Of a stretch of DNA of 64,000 bases, positions 20,388 through 29,986 are shown piece after piece. The DNA lies in the NCBI GenBank assembly GCA_963799485.1, contig CAWCXJ010000006.1, forward strand, positions 690,189-754,188, given 5' to 3'. Numbering within the stretch: the first letter of the stretch is position 1; each line of letters opens with the position of its first letter. The notes beneath the pieces were generated by a model. That model did not search any database. It worked only from the letters and a program-made list of their open reading frames with translations, and was not told where the DNA came from. This stretch comes from an uncultured Trueperaceae bacterium. Lineage in GTDB: Bacteria > Deinococcota > Deinococci > Deinococcales > Trueperaceae. A program made the translations under genes and the position numbers.

Positions 20388-21392
20388 TTGAAGATTCTTG
20401 TAAGCGGCTACTACGGCTTCGGCAATCTGGGCGACGAGGCGCTGCTCTCAGGTATTTTAGGCGGCCTTGGTAAAGAACATGTAACAGTTTTATCTAAACG
20501 TCCAAGCGAAACTAAGGCGCTTCACAACGTCGCTGCGACGCACCGCCTCACCGGGTTCACCAGTCTTTTCGCTTGCGACGCGCTCATTTCGGGCGGCGGC
20601 GGGTTGCTGCAAGACAAGACGAGTATGCGGAGCTTGCAGTATTATCTAAGCGTTATCGGACTTGCCAAACGTCTCGGTAAACGGGTCGTCATTTACGGTC
20701 AATCGGTCGGCCCGCTGAGCGAAAAGGGAGAACAGGCAGTTGCCAAAACCCTGCGCGGGTTGCCGGTTGCAGTGCGGGACAAACCTTCGCAAGAACTGTT
20801 AGCCCGCTTGGGCATCTCTGCAACGCTCGTCGCCGACCCTGCTCTACTGCTTTCCAAACCTGCCCGTAAACCTGAAGAAAATGCCCCGGTGCTCTTTATT
20901 CCGCGCGGCGGTCTGCCCGAAACGACCACCGCCTTTATTCAGGTCGCCCGCACCCTGCACGCCGAGGGCGTTTCACTGGCAGGTCTGGCGTTGCAACCGG
21001 ATGAGGACGAAGCGCCGCTTGAGCAGCTCACCAGCGCTGTTCCCGCCGTAAAAAAGCTTTCTGCAACGACGCCGGCAGCGGCGCTCGAGTACGTCGCCGG
21101 CAGCCGTTACGTCATCTCCGCGAGGCTTCACGGACTCATCTTTGCAGCGCGGGCCGAACGCCCTCTGAGCGGGGTCGCTTACGACCCGAAAGTGGGGGCA
21201 TTTTTAGAAGCACTGGGCTGCCCCGTCCATCCGGTAAATCCCGACCCGGAGGCGTTACATCACGAGGTGCGTCACCCGCACTTTGATGCGGCAAGAGCAG
21301 CGGCGCTGAGGGCCGGGGCCGAAGACGGCCTGAGCTGGCTAAGATGCGAACTAGCTAGACCGCCAAATCTGCCGAACCTGAACGGGCGCTAG
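20388..21392 (+). CDS. csaB: Polysaccharide pyruvyl transferase CsaB
   Basis: SGYYGFGNLGDEA, GGGGLLQDKTS, VRD, RLHGLI, YDPKV motifs. Confidence 0.92.
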   Translation: MKILVSGYYGFGNLGDEALLSGILGGLGKEHVTVLSKRPSETKALHNVAATHRLTGFTSLFACDALISGGGGLLQDKTSMRSLQYYLSVIGLAKRLGKRVVIYGQSVGPLSEKGEQAVAKTLRGLPVAVRDKPSQELLARLGISATLVADPALLLSKPARKPEENAPVLFIPRGGLPETTTAFIQVARTLHAEGVSLAGLALQPDEDEAPLEQLTSAVPAVKKLSATTPAAALEYVAGSRYVISARLHGLIFAARAERPLSGVAYDPKVGAFLEALGCPVHPVNPDPEALHHEVRHPHFDAARAAALRAGAEDGLSWLRCELARPPNLPNLNGR

Positions 21393-21438
21393 CACGTCTT
21401 TCAAACCTCGCCTCACCCGGATGCGCTAAGCTGCAGAG

Positions 21439-22236
21439 GTGAAGCGGCTCCTCACTTTTGGGTTTGGCCTCGGTTTGGGTGTGTTCGGCGCAGCTTGGGC
21501 GCAGGGCGACCCCGCTACCGCCCTCAGAGAGCTGCTCGGGAGTGGCTACTACGCCCTCGCCGCACAGGTCGAGGGGCCGAGGGCCGTACAAACTGCCCCG
21601 CAAAACGCCGAAGCACACCTGCTCTACGCGCGGGCGCTTTACCTTGTCGGCAACCTGAGCGCGGCCCGGACGCAGCTCGAGCAGGCCAAAACGCTCTCGA
21701 CAACTCAGCCAGCAAGCCAGCCAGCAACTCAGCAAGTACGCCGTTCGGTCACGCACCTAGACGCGCTTATAAGGGCAGCGCAGGGCGACGCAGCGCGCGC
21801 CACCCGGCTTTTAGAAAGGGTATTCAAGGCGGCACCCGACTATCAAGTAGCGATGGACTGGGGTCAGGTGGCGTGGCAGAGCGGTGATTTGGGGAAGGCG
21901 TTACGCGCTTACCGCGCGGCGGCAGCGACGCCCGCGGGTCAAACAGAGCCGTGGCCCACCCTCAACATCGCACGGCTACTGCTCCAACAAGGACGCTACG
22001 AAGCTGCCCTGACTCCCCTCGAGGCCACCCTTACCCGCCTCGAGCAAGATGCCACCGGGCAAGCTGCCAGCCTGCGCCCCTCGCCGGCCTATCCGGAAGT
22101 CTTTTACCGTCTCGGTCAAGCGCACGAAGCCTTGGGCGAGGTGCAGGAGGCCGTTTCGAACTATCAAGCTGCGCGCAGCGCCGACCCCGCTTACACGCCC
22201 GCAGCCGACGCGCTGGCACGGCTCGACCAACCCTAG
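21439..22236 (+). CDS. Secreted tetratricopeptide repeat protein
   Basis: Signal peptide ending AWA, helical TPR-like repeats, leaderless TAAGCT-N6-GTG. Confidence 0.8.
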   Translation: MKRLLTFGFGLGLGVFGAAWAQGDPATALRELLGSGYYALAAQVEGPRAVQTAPQNAEAHLLYARALYLVGNLSAARTQLEQAKTLSTTQPASQPATQQVRRSVTHLDALIRAAQGDAARATRLLERVFKAAPDYQVAMDWGQVAWQSGDLGKALRAYRAAAATPAGQTEPWPTLNIARLLLQQGRYEAALTPLEATLTRLEQDATGQAASLRPSPAYPEVFYRLGQAHEALGEVQEAVSNYQAARSADPAYTPAADALARLDQP

Positions 22237-22361
22237 AGTGGCACGGCACGCAAAGTGTAGGGTTTACCACTTATCTAACAGCGCCGTATCCGTGATACTA
22301 TACTTTACTGAGTAGCACCCGGCCTGGGGCAACAGGGGTGCCGACAGAAGGAGGCCCCGAT

Positions 22362-23039
22362 ATGCTGAGCATCACCGAACACATTTCCGAAGGCGACTGC
22401 GACACCCCCGAGGTCGTACCGAGTACGCTCGCCCACCCGACCCGAATGCTCGAGCCCGGCGCACTTCTTTACGAAGCAGGCCGCGAGGCAAGTTCGCTTT
22501 ACATCGTCAACAGCGGCGTCTTAAAGGCCGTCGTCCCGACTTCACTGGGCCGCGACCGCATCGCCGACTTGCACGGCCCCGGCGACGTGTTGGGGCTCGC
22601 AGCTATCGACGGTGGTACCCACGCCGAAACCGTTCAAGCCGTTCACGACGCCTGTCTGACCCCACTCGACCCGCAGCAGGCGCTGAACGACCGGCGTTTG
22701 CGCGACTATATTTTTCACAGCATGGCCCGGCAGCTCCGCCGTAGCCGTGAAGCCATCGACGACGCCGAACTCCCGGTCGGTGCCCGCGTGACCCGCACCT
22801 TCTTGCGCTTGACCGAACGTTTCGGTCAGGGCGCGGACAGTGGTGAAGGCGTCAAGCTGCCCCTCGCCCTGACGCATGAAGATTTGGCTTCGCTTACGGG
22901 TTCATCTCGCGTCACCATCACCCGAATTTTGGGCGAGTTACGCCAAGAAGGGGCTTTGTCCGGTACCCGCGGCGTTTACGTCGCCAACCCGAGAAATCTC
23001 GAGGCCGCTACCGACAACTACGTGATGCAGGTCATCTAG
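22362..23039 (+). CDS. Crp/Fnr family transcriptional regulator
   Basis: cNMP-binding barrel (LYIVNSGVLK...GPGDVLG) and HTH LTHEDLASLTGSSRVTITRIL; AGGAGG RBS. Confidence 0.92.
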   Translation: MLSITEHISEGDCDTPEVVPSTLAHPTRMLEPGALLYEAGREASSLYIVNSGVLKAVVPTSLGRDRIADLHGPGDVLGLAAIDGGTHAETVQAVHDACLTPLDPQQALNDRRLRDYIFHSMARQLRRSREAIDDAELPVGARVTRTFLRLTERFGQGADSGEGVKLPLALTHEDLASLTGSSRVTITRILGELRQEGALSGTRGVYVANPRNLEAATDNYVMQVI

Positions 23040-23057
23040 CAGTAGTTAGCAATGAGT

Positions 23058-23100
23058 AACGGGCAATGAGAGTTTTACTCATTGCCCGTTGCCTCTTTTT
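23058..23100 (+). terminator. Intrinsic terminator after the Crp gene, marking the left edge of the accessory region
   Basis: AACGGGCAATGAG/CTCATTGCCCGTT 13-bp stem with a T-tract. Confidence 0.8.
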
Positions 23101-23151
23101 GACTATTCCAAGCGTAAGGTTCAAGCCACCGCCTTTAGGCGGTCAGATTTC

Positions 23152-23957
23152 GGTAGTGGTCCACCATCAACTGATAGTGCCACGTTCTAGGTTATAACGA
23201 ACGAGAAACATATGTAAGCAGATGAGGTGCATGTGTTCGGACTTGGAGAAGGATAAAGTTTTTCTGATAAAACGAGCGAGGCGCTGTCGGATGGTGTTGT
23301 TGAAGCGTTCAACATGAGCGGTCAAGCCGGAGTCTTTGCCCACGGCCTGGTGTTGTTCATCAGGAATCACAGCTTGGTAAGCTTCCCAGAAGTCGCTGAA
23401 GACAATGCTTTGCTTGTAGCTTTCGGGAATGTTGCTCCACAGCTTGCGACAGGTGTCGATGCCGCGCCCACCTATGACACAAGCAACGACCTGTTTGGTT
23501 TGTTTGCAAACCGCTAACCAGACCCACCGTTTGTTGCGTTTGCAGCCCACAAATGACCAAAGTGCCCCAAACGAAGTGGCAGGGTACATCTCATCGAGTT
23601 CGAGTTGCAGCGCTTCAGAGTTCTCGGGGGTGACAAGCGTGGCGCTAAGCGGCGGTGTTGTCTCGGCTTTTTTTAAGCCACTTCGCTACCGTAGTACGGG
23701 ACACGCCGAAGGTCCGGGTCAGTCCACGCATACTGGAACGCTCCTGATACGCCTTGAGTATCTCGTCTTTCTTTTGTTCGCCGTAGCCTTTGGCAGCCGG
23801 ATTCTCGCGACTGGACTTGCCACACCCTCGACACAGGTATTTTTGTTTGCCGTTAGGAGCATGACCGTTCTTGACAAGTTGGTCGCTTTCGCAGTGCTGG
23901 CAGTGAACAACTTTAGTGACCATCCCTTAGCTTATCAGTCTTTGATGACCCACTACC
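23152..23957 (-). mobile_element. IS1 family element (806 bp)
   Basis: Imperfect IRs GGTAGTGG...ACTGATA at both ends; insA and insB; no target duplication. Confidence 0.9.
23167..23923 (-). CDS. IS1 transposase InsAB (-1 frameshift at A7 near 23670; 27-nt insertion in the DEMW motif)
   Basis: InsA Zn-ribbon CQHC...CRGC and HTH. InsB has LELDEM, SDFW, HVERFNNTIRQRLARF, SFSK. Confidence 0.85.
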
Positions 23958-24043
23958 GAAACGGCTAAGCGTCTGAAAGCGGAGGGTTTTAGCCTGTCCA
24001 CCATAGCGGCCAAACTCGGCGTCGGCTCGTACGCCGAATAGCG

Positions 24044-24731
24044 TTGAACGTTAGGAGTACCTTGAGCCGTTGGTTCGCCCAAGGCACTTATGCCAATAAG
24101 CAGCGCAGTCGCATCCTCGAAGCCTATCGACCCTATCTCAGACAAAGGTGGGAAGCGGGCATAAGTAACAAGATGCAGCTTTACCGGGAGATTATGGCGC
24201 AAGGATTTACCGGTGCCTACGGACTCGTCTACGCCTACTTCGCCGAGCTAGAAGCTGGGATTGGGCTTTTGAGTGCGAGCAAGAAGCAAAACGTTCAACG
24301 CTATTCGGCGTACGAGGCGACCCGGTTATTCACACGTCAACGAGCTACGTTAAATCGGCACGAGATCAGACGGCTCGAGCAACTCTTCAAGAATGTGAAG
24401 GAGGCTGAGCTTTGCTATGAGCTGGCGCAACGCTTCGTGTTCTTGTTTGAGCAGGAGCAAGCACCCGAGCAGACCCTCGCGGCATTTGACCGTTGGCTCA
24501 AAGACGCCATAAATAGTGGCATCGACGAACTTGCCCGCTTGGCAAAGGGCTTTAGTAACGACAGGCTCGCTATCGGAGCGGCTTTAACCCTGCCCTGGAG
24601 CAACGGTCCGACGGAAGGTAAAATTACTAGGCTCAAACTTCTGAAGCGGCAAATGTACGGACGAGCCAGCTTTGATCTACTTAGACAAAAGGTGCTTCTT
24701 GCGGCCTGACCACAAAACTTTCGTAAGAGCC
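24044..24731 (+). mobile_element. ISL3 family transposase 3' fragment with right end
   Basis: LPWSNGPTEGKITRLKLLKRQMYGRASFDLLRQKVL motif; right IR ending AAGAGCC at 24731; 5' half missing. Confidence 0.85.
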
Positions 24732-25028
24732 AGTCGCTTCTCGGTTTGGGCTTAATTACGCATAGAACTTAGATCGTTTCACTCAGGTCGTGTTCCGGCC
24801 TCGTCCAGCCTTGCAGATGCGAGCTCTAAGCTCCGGCAACCGCTCGGACTCTACCGGAGACGTCGGCACGACGACCCTTGCTTTTTTACGGTCTCAGCGA
24901 CCTTGGGGTCTTCGGTCTGCCGCGCCGTGTCCCATGCTCAAGATACAAGGGGTCTCATTTCTCCTATCAAAATATTCGTCTAGCACGCACCCATTTTTTG
25001 CCGATTAGGTATATCAAGAAACGGTCGT

Positions 25029-26730
25029 GATACTGTTGGCGAAATCAGAAACCAACGGCCAGGGCGGCGAAACGGGATATGCGGGTACGCGCGTGCGGTT
25101 TGCCCTCGAGCCAGTCGAACACCCGAGAAAGATTGATCCCGACCGCCGTTGCCACGTGTTGCAGCGAGGTCTTGGCGAGTCCCCGGTAGCGGCTGGTCCG
25201 CAGGCCACACAAACGGATGCCTTGGGATAAGGTACCTTCGATTCCTGAACGCCGGGAATAGGCGTGCACACCTGCTGCTGTTGAGAAAGAGTTTCGTGCG
25301 CTGTTCAAAGCTTTGTACTGGTCTTTGGGGTGAAAATTCAACATTCGCCGGTTGCTTCGGGTGCACTTATGCTTACTCGGACACGACAAGCAATCTGCAC
25401 GTCGAAACCGGACCTGGATAAACGGGTACCCATCACGGTGCATATGTTGCTTCCATGAAGCAGTTTGTTTACCCCTAGGGCATGTTACTTGCTGCCTCTG
25501 CCAGTCGATAGTAAAGGCACGCTGATCAAACGCACCTTCGGTTCGACCCTGCCAGCTTTTATCACTGCGCGGCGGACCGATTAGTTTAATCCCCTTTTCT
25601 CTACTACTGCACAACAACCCGGCGTCCACGTAGCCTGCGTCTACCAAGTGCTCCTTAGGCGTGAGTTCTTTGGCGACTAAGGATTGCTGAACGGTTTCGG
25701 TACAAGAGACGTCTTGCTCCACCGAGTCGGTCGTGAGTACGTCGGTGATGAGATGCACGCCGTCGTCGTCACAGGTTTCGGTGAGATGCACCTTGTATCC
25801 CACCCACTTTGTCCCGGCTTTCTGGCTGAATTTCGCTTCGGTGTCATAAGGTGATTCCAGACGTATTGGGGAGTGGAACCGCTCTTTATTGGTTGTCTAC
25901 CTAAGTCCCTGATTTTTACCACCCTCATCCTCTCGAACGAAATGCTGCTGCCACACAAGACGCAGCGTTTCTACTGCGTCCAGCTCAGTGAGCTGCTGGG
26001 GTGCTTCTTGGGCTAAAGCTTCTAGCAGGGTGAAGCCGTCTTCAGCTATTTGCATACCCAGCTTTTCCTTGGCTCTTGCCCCTTTGGGAAGGCGGTAATC
26101 TTCGACACGCCTGCCGTAGCGCTCAAACCAGGCAGGCTCAGCCACACCCTGCAGCCAGTCTGGGTCTTCTTTTGCCAGCTCATTTAAGGTGGCTCGCAAC
26201 GTCTCGCCTACCAATTCGAGTCGGTTGAGTACCCGTATGGACGCGAGCACATGGGTGGAGTCAGTGCGCTGCTTGCCGCGGGCTTTGACTAGCCCTATCG
26301 TTTGAAGGTGTGCCAGCACGTTGTCGAGCAGTAGCTGTTCGGCTTCTCCCTGAACCAAGCGACTGCGAAACTCACTTAGCGCCGAGTAGTCGAAGCCGGG
26401 GTCGGTCAGCTCGAGCCCGAGCAGATACTTTAGGTCGATGCGGGCACGAACCGCGTCGGCAGCCCCCCGGTCGGAGAGATTCTCGAGAAACTGGACGACT
26501 GTGACGGAAGCTAGACGCCAGGGCGAGAGCGAGGGCTGGCCACGCTCAGAGAACAGCTCGGCGAAGTCCTCGTCGCGGTACAGCGCGCCAAACTCGTCTC
26601 TAATTCTTAAGTACAGGTTCCCTTTGGGAAAGGCGGCTTTGGCGACGCGGCTAGTTTCCCCTGGCACAACGCTGATCTTGTTTGGTTTTAGCATCACTCA
26701 TTATGGCTTCTTAATTTCGCCAACAGTATC
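25029..26730 (-). mobile_element. IS1182 family element
   Basis: Perfect 17-bp IRs GATACTGTTGGCGAAAT and 8-bp target duplication ACGGTCGT (25021-25028, 26731-26738). Confidence 0.92.
25045..26697 (-). pseudogene. IS1182 transposase with an in-frame TAG at 25897-25899
   Basis: The two ORFs are in the same frame: ...QGLR*TTNK...SPYDTEAK...WVGYKVHLTETCD. QRTDSTH, VDAGY and RSGIEGTLSQ motifs. Confidence 0.88.
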
Positions 26731-27166
26731 ACGGTCGTTTTAGTTAACCGTCGGACTGCCGTGGCTTACGCTAGAGACGGCCCGTTCTGCCGCATAGTGA
26801 TCCGTCCGCTAAAAACCGACTGGGTTAGGTAGTGTGGCGACGCCAATGCGCCATATATGTAGCCACCAAACGGCTAGAGTTCATAAGGCGGCCTCCTCTG
26901 CGAAGTAGAATCTCACTCTATACGTATTTGGCAAATGAACCACATATGGGATTAAGCGAAAGATCACAATTATCCAGCATCAAGCACTCCAAAAAGGATT
27001 CCGAGAGTTAATCAATCATTTACCCTGTTCACGGCGCGGCCAACTTCCGTTATTCACACCAATTCCACACATCTTGCACCCAACAAGTACACGCGCCTCC
27101 TGCAAACTTACAACCAGACAGCGGTTACCCAAATCCGAACCGCCCACCGAAAAAGAAGAGGAGATC

Positions 27167-27991
27167 GTGGAAAACACAGCGCGCGTCAGGACGTCTAGAA
27201 GCGGAGCTTGGCTCGAGCGAAGCGAGACAGCGTCGCTCGAAACAAAAAGAACCCGCTCGCACAATTTAGATGGACACAAGCTGCTGCGCTACGCCGCGCT
27301 ATTCGTCTGGGCGGCGCTCATGGTTGTGTTCTGGTTAGGGGTGCGCAGCGCGGACGTCGGCGCGCTCGAGTATCTGCTCGGCGTCATCGACACGGTGTCG
27401 CGCAACGCCTGGGCACCCGCCGCGTTACTGACCCTCTACCTGCTCCGCCCGCTGTTCCTGGTGCCCATCACGCTGCTCAATCTCGCCTCGGGCTTTCTGC
27501 TTGGTTCTTGGTGGGGCGTGGCGTTCGGGCTGACGGGCGTGCTGCTCTCCTCTACAAGCGGCTACGGGATCGGTCGCTTTTTCGGTTCGGCAGAGCTAGG
27601 GGAGACGTTATCGGCGCGGTGGTCCCTCGTGCGGATGTTGCGGAACCGGGGCTTCGAGGCGGTGCTCGCGGGCGGTCTCATGTACCTGCACGCGGACGCC
27701 GTCAACCTGCCGTCGGGCGTCATGCGAATTCGCTTCCCTGTCTTCTTAGCCGGCATCGCCCTCGGCAACGCGCTCACGCTCACGACGGCGGTGCTGGCTG
27801 GGGCGTCGGTAGAGGGCGGGCTGGCGGACGCGGCCGTCACAGTGGATCCCACCTATCTGGCAGTCGCGGCGGCGCTCTTCCTTGTCAGCCTCATGCTGGC
27901 TTATTTGGTACGAAAGCGCGTGCGTCTGGGAGGTGAGGGCAAGAATGACAAAGGCAACGAGAGGGTGAGGGCGTCCGCGCGTCTCACCTAG
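27167..27991 (+). CDS. TVP38/TMEM64 (VTT/DedA superfamily) membrane protein
   Basis: LYLLRPLFLVPITLLNLASGFLLG...GYGIGRFFG...DAVN pattern; GAGGAG RBS. Confidence 0.82.
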   Translation: MENTARVRTSRSGAWLERSETASLETKRTRSHNLDGHKLLRYAALFVWAALMVVFWLGVRSADVGALEYLLGVIDTVSRNAWAPAALLTLYLLRPLFLVPITLLNLASGFLLGSWWGVAFGLTGVLLSSTSGYGIGRFFGSAELGETLSARWSLVRMLRNRGFEAVLAGGLMYLHADAVNLPSGVMRIRFPVFLAGIALGNALTLTTAVLAGASVEGGLADAAVTVDPTYLAVAAALFLVSLMLAYLVRKRVRLGGEGKNDKGNERVRASARLT

Positions 27992-28104
27992 CATCAGCGC
28001 TTGTCTACACAAAATCCACACAAGAGGAGCATAGAACCCACCGTCTCCCTTTCTAAACTGATCACAGGTTTGAACAAACCGACATAACTCAGAGGAGGAA
28101 TACT

Positions 28105-28812
28105 GTGAAATCCATTCAGATAGGACAACAAAGAAACTGGCGGAGGTGGCTCATAGGCGGTGCCGGGCTCGCTGTACTCGTCGCCCTCTCGCTCGTGGCG
28201 TGGTCGCTCTTCAAGCCGACTGAGGCAGCAAGCGGACCCGTTCAAGCGGCGGCGCTGGAGACCTCAGCAGCCGACGCCACGGTTTACACCTTCGCTGCCG
28301 GCGACGCCGAAGCGAGCTTCCTCATCGACGAGGTGCTGCGCGGCGAGGACGTCACGGTCGTCGGCACGACCGACCAGGTCGCTGGAGAGCTGTCTTTTAA
28401 CTTCGCCGACACGAGCACGGCGCAGCTCGGCACGGTGCGCGTGAACGTCCGCGACCTCGCCACCGACAGCGAGTTCCGCGACCGCGCCATCAAGAACCAG
28501 GTTCTCTTGACTGACGATTACGAATACGTGAGCTTCACGCCGACCGAGATCACGGGCTTGCCCGAGAGCGTGAGCCCGGGCGACACCTTCGAGGCGCAGA
28601 TCACAGGCGACCTAACGATCACCGACGCGACCTTGCCCGTCACCTTCGACGCTGCCATCACCGTCGTGTCAGAGGGCGAGTTGACTGGCACGGCAACGAC
28701 GAACTCTGCTTACGAGGATTTCGGCTTAACTATCCCCTTCTCACAGTCGGTGGACGCGGTTTCGGACACGGTGACGCTCGAGCTGGACTTCACGGCGCAG
28801 GCACAGGGTTGA
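28105..28812 (+). CDS. YceI family (polyisoprenoid-binding) protein
   Basis: ASFLIDEVL..VVGTT, LATDSEFRD, ITGDLTI, TLELDFTA motifs; N-terminal TM; GGAGG RBS. Confidence 0.88.
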   Translation: MKSIQIGQQRNWRRWLIGGAGLAVLVALSLVAWSLFKPTEAASGPVQAAALETSAADATVYTFAAGDAEASFLIDEVLRGEDVTVVGTTDQVAGELSFNFADTSTAQLGTVRVNVRDLATDSEFRDRAIKNQVLLTDDYEYVSFTPTEITGLPESVSPGDTFEAQITGDLTITDATLPVTFDAAITVVSEGELTGTATTNSAYEDFGLTIPFSQSVDAVSDTVTLELDFTAQAQG

Positions 28813-28917
28813 GTAAGACTTCAATGGAGAGTGTCTTCCGCGAGAAGGTACCGCTTCACGTCGCTGCATCGGCGGTCGTCCAAACGAGCAGCGTTTTACA
28901 CTAAGGGCGAGGTTCTT

Positions 28918-29250
28918 GTGCACACCATACTCATCGTTGAGGACGAACTGGACATCGCCGAAACGGTCGAACTCTACCTCCGCAAAGAGGGATACAGGAC
29001 CGAGCGAACGGGTTACGGCAGGCGTGCCCTCGAGCTGTGGCGGGCCGCGAAGCCCGACCTCATCCTCCTCGACATCGGGCTGCCCGAGGTGGACGGGCTC
29101 GAGGTCTTGCGCCGGGTCCGCGCAGAGTCGAGCGTACCCGTCATCATGTTCACCGCCAGGGCTGTAGAGATCGACGAACTCCTATGGTTGGGTAGGCGCG
29201 GACGACCACGTCACCAAGCTGTTCTCCCCACGCACGCTCCTCGCTACTAG
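28918..29250 (+). pseudogene. OmpR-family response regulator, frameshifted and truncated (receiver domain only)
   Basis: ILIVEDE..PDLILLDIGLP. It continues in another frame as GADDHVTKLFSPRTLLA up to a CTAG junction; no wHTH domain. Confidence 0.85.
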
Positions 29251-29513
29251 GGACAGTTCGCTTCAGCTTTGGCGCACACGGTAATCACATAGGCGAAGCG
29301 CATCCCGCCGAGGTACTCCCTAACGCTTTTAGCGCGGTGCCCTGCCATATCGAAGCCCAGCTCGTCCATCACCCGCAGGGTATAGGGGTTAATCACGCTA
29401 GGGGCCAAGCCCGCGCTGTAGGCCGTGAAGCGCTCGCCGCCATAGTTACGCAAGAACGCTTCGGCCATCTGGCTCCGCGCCGAGTTGCCGGTGCAGAGAA
29501 ACAGCACATTCAT
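29247..29513 (-). pseudogene. arsC: Truncated arsenate reductase ArsC (LMW-PTP type)
   Basis: [15 protein letters not shown] motif; stops at ANCP and lacks the C-terminal DP motif. Confidence 0.82.
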
Positions 29514-29986
29514 CTCGAAAAACCTTTCTCGGGCAGTCTGCCCGCTTCGATCAGCCGGGATTCCGTAGGGGTTTCGCCTTTAGCTATTGCCTCGACTAGC
29601 GCCCGGCTCATGCCGCCCAGTGCGTCCCGCACCTCGCGCCACTTCTCTAGGCTTTGCCTGCCAGGGTCGGGAAACGACACGTGCAGCCGCGTGGTTTTCG
29701 CCGGATAAAGAGGACAGGCTTCATTGGCGCTGTCGCACACTGTCACCACCACATCAAACGCCCACGGGTCGGGCAGCTCGTCCAGCGTTTTGGACGTGTG
29801 GCCGGAGAGGTCGATACCCACTTCCTGCATCACCGTGACGGCCTCCGGTTTGACCTGCGTCTTTTCCGTCCCGGCTGACTGCACCTCGATAGACGCGGCA
29901 AGGTCGTTAGCGTAGTGGCGCACCCAGCCTTCGGCCATCTGGCTCCGCGCCGAGTTATGGGTGCAAAGCAGTAAAACCCGTGTCAT
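29510..29986 (-). CDS. arsC: Arsenate reductase ArsC (LMW-PTP type)
   Basis: [29 protein letters not shown] motifs. Confidence 0.9.
   Translation of the reverse strand: MTRVLLLCTHNSARSQMAEGWVRHYANDLAASIEVQSAGTEKTQVKPEAVTVMQEVGIDLSGHTSKTLDELPDPWAFDVVVTVCDSANEACPLYPAKTTRLHVSFPDPGRQSLEKWREVRDALGGMSRALVEAIAKGETPTESRLIEAGRLPEKGFSR

Larger units (their letters stand above)
23115..24006. mobile_element. IS200/IS605-like left and right end remnants enclosing IS1
   Basis: Left TAAGGTTCAAGCCACCGCCTTTAGGCGGT (hairpin ACCGCCT-TT-AGGCGGT). Right CGTCTGAAAGCGGAGGGTTTTAGCC. No tnpA or tnpB is left between them. Confidence 0.45.

Noticed and set aside
22316..22342. Hairpin in the Crp gene leader as a riboswitch
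   Set aside because: A single short stem-loop with no recognisable aptamer motif.
24732..27050. Gene interrupted by IS1182
   Set aside because: Rejoining the flanks gave only short ORFs on the minus strand (for example 19 aa after a GAGGAGG RBS) with no recognisable family.
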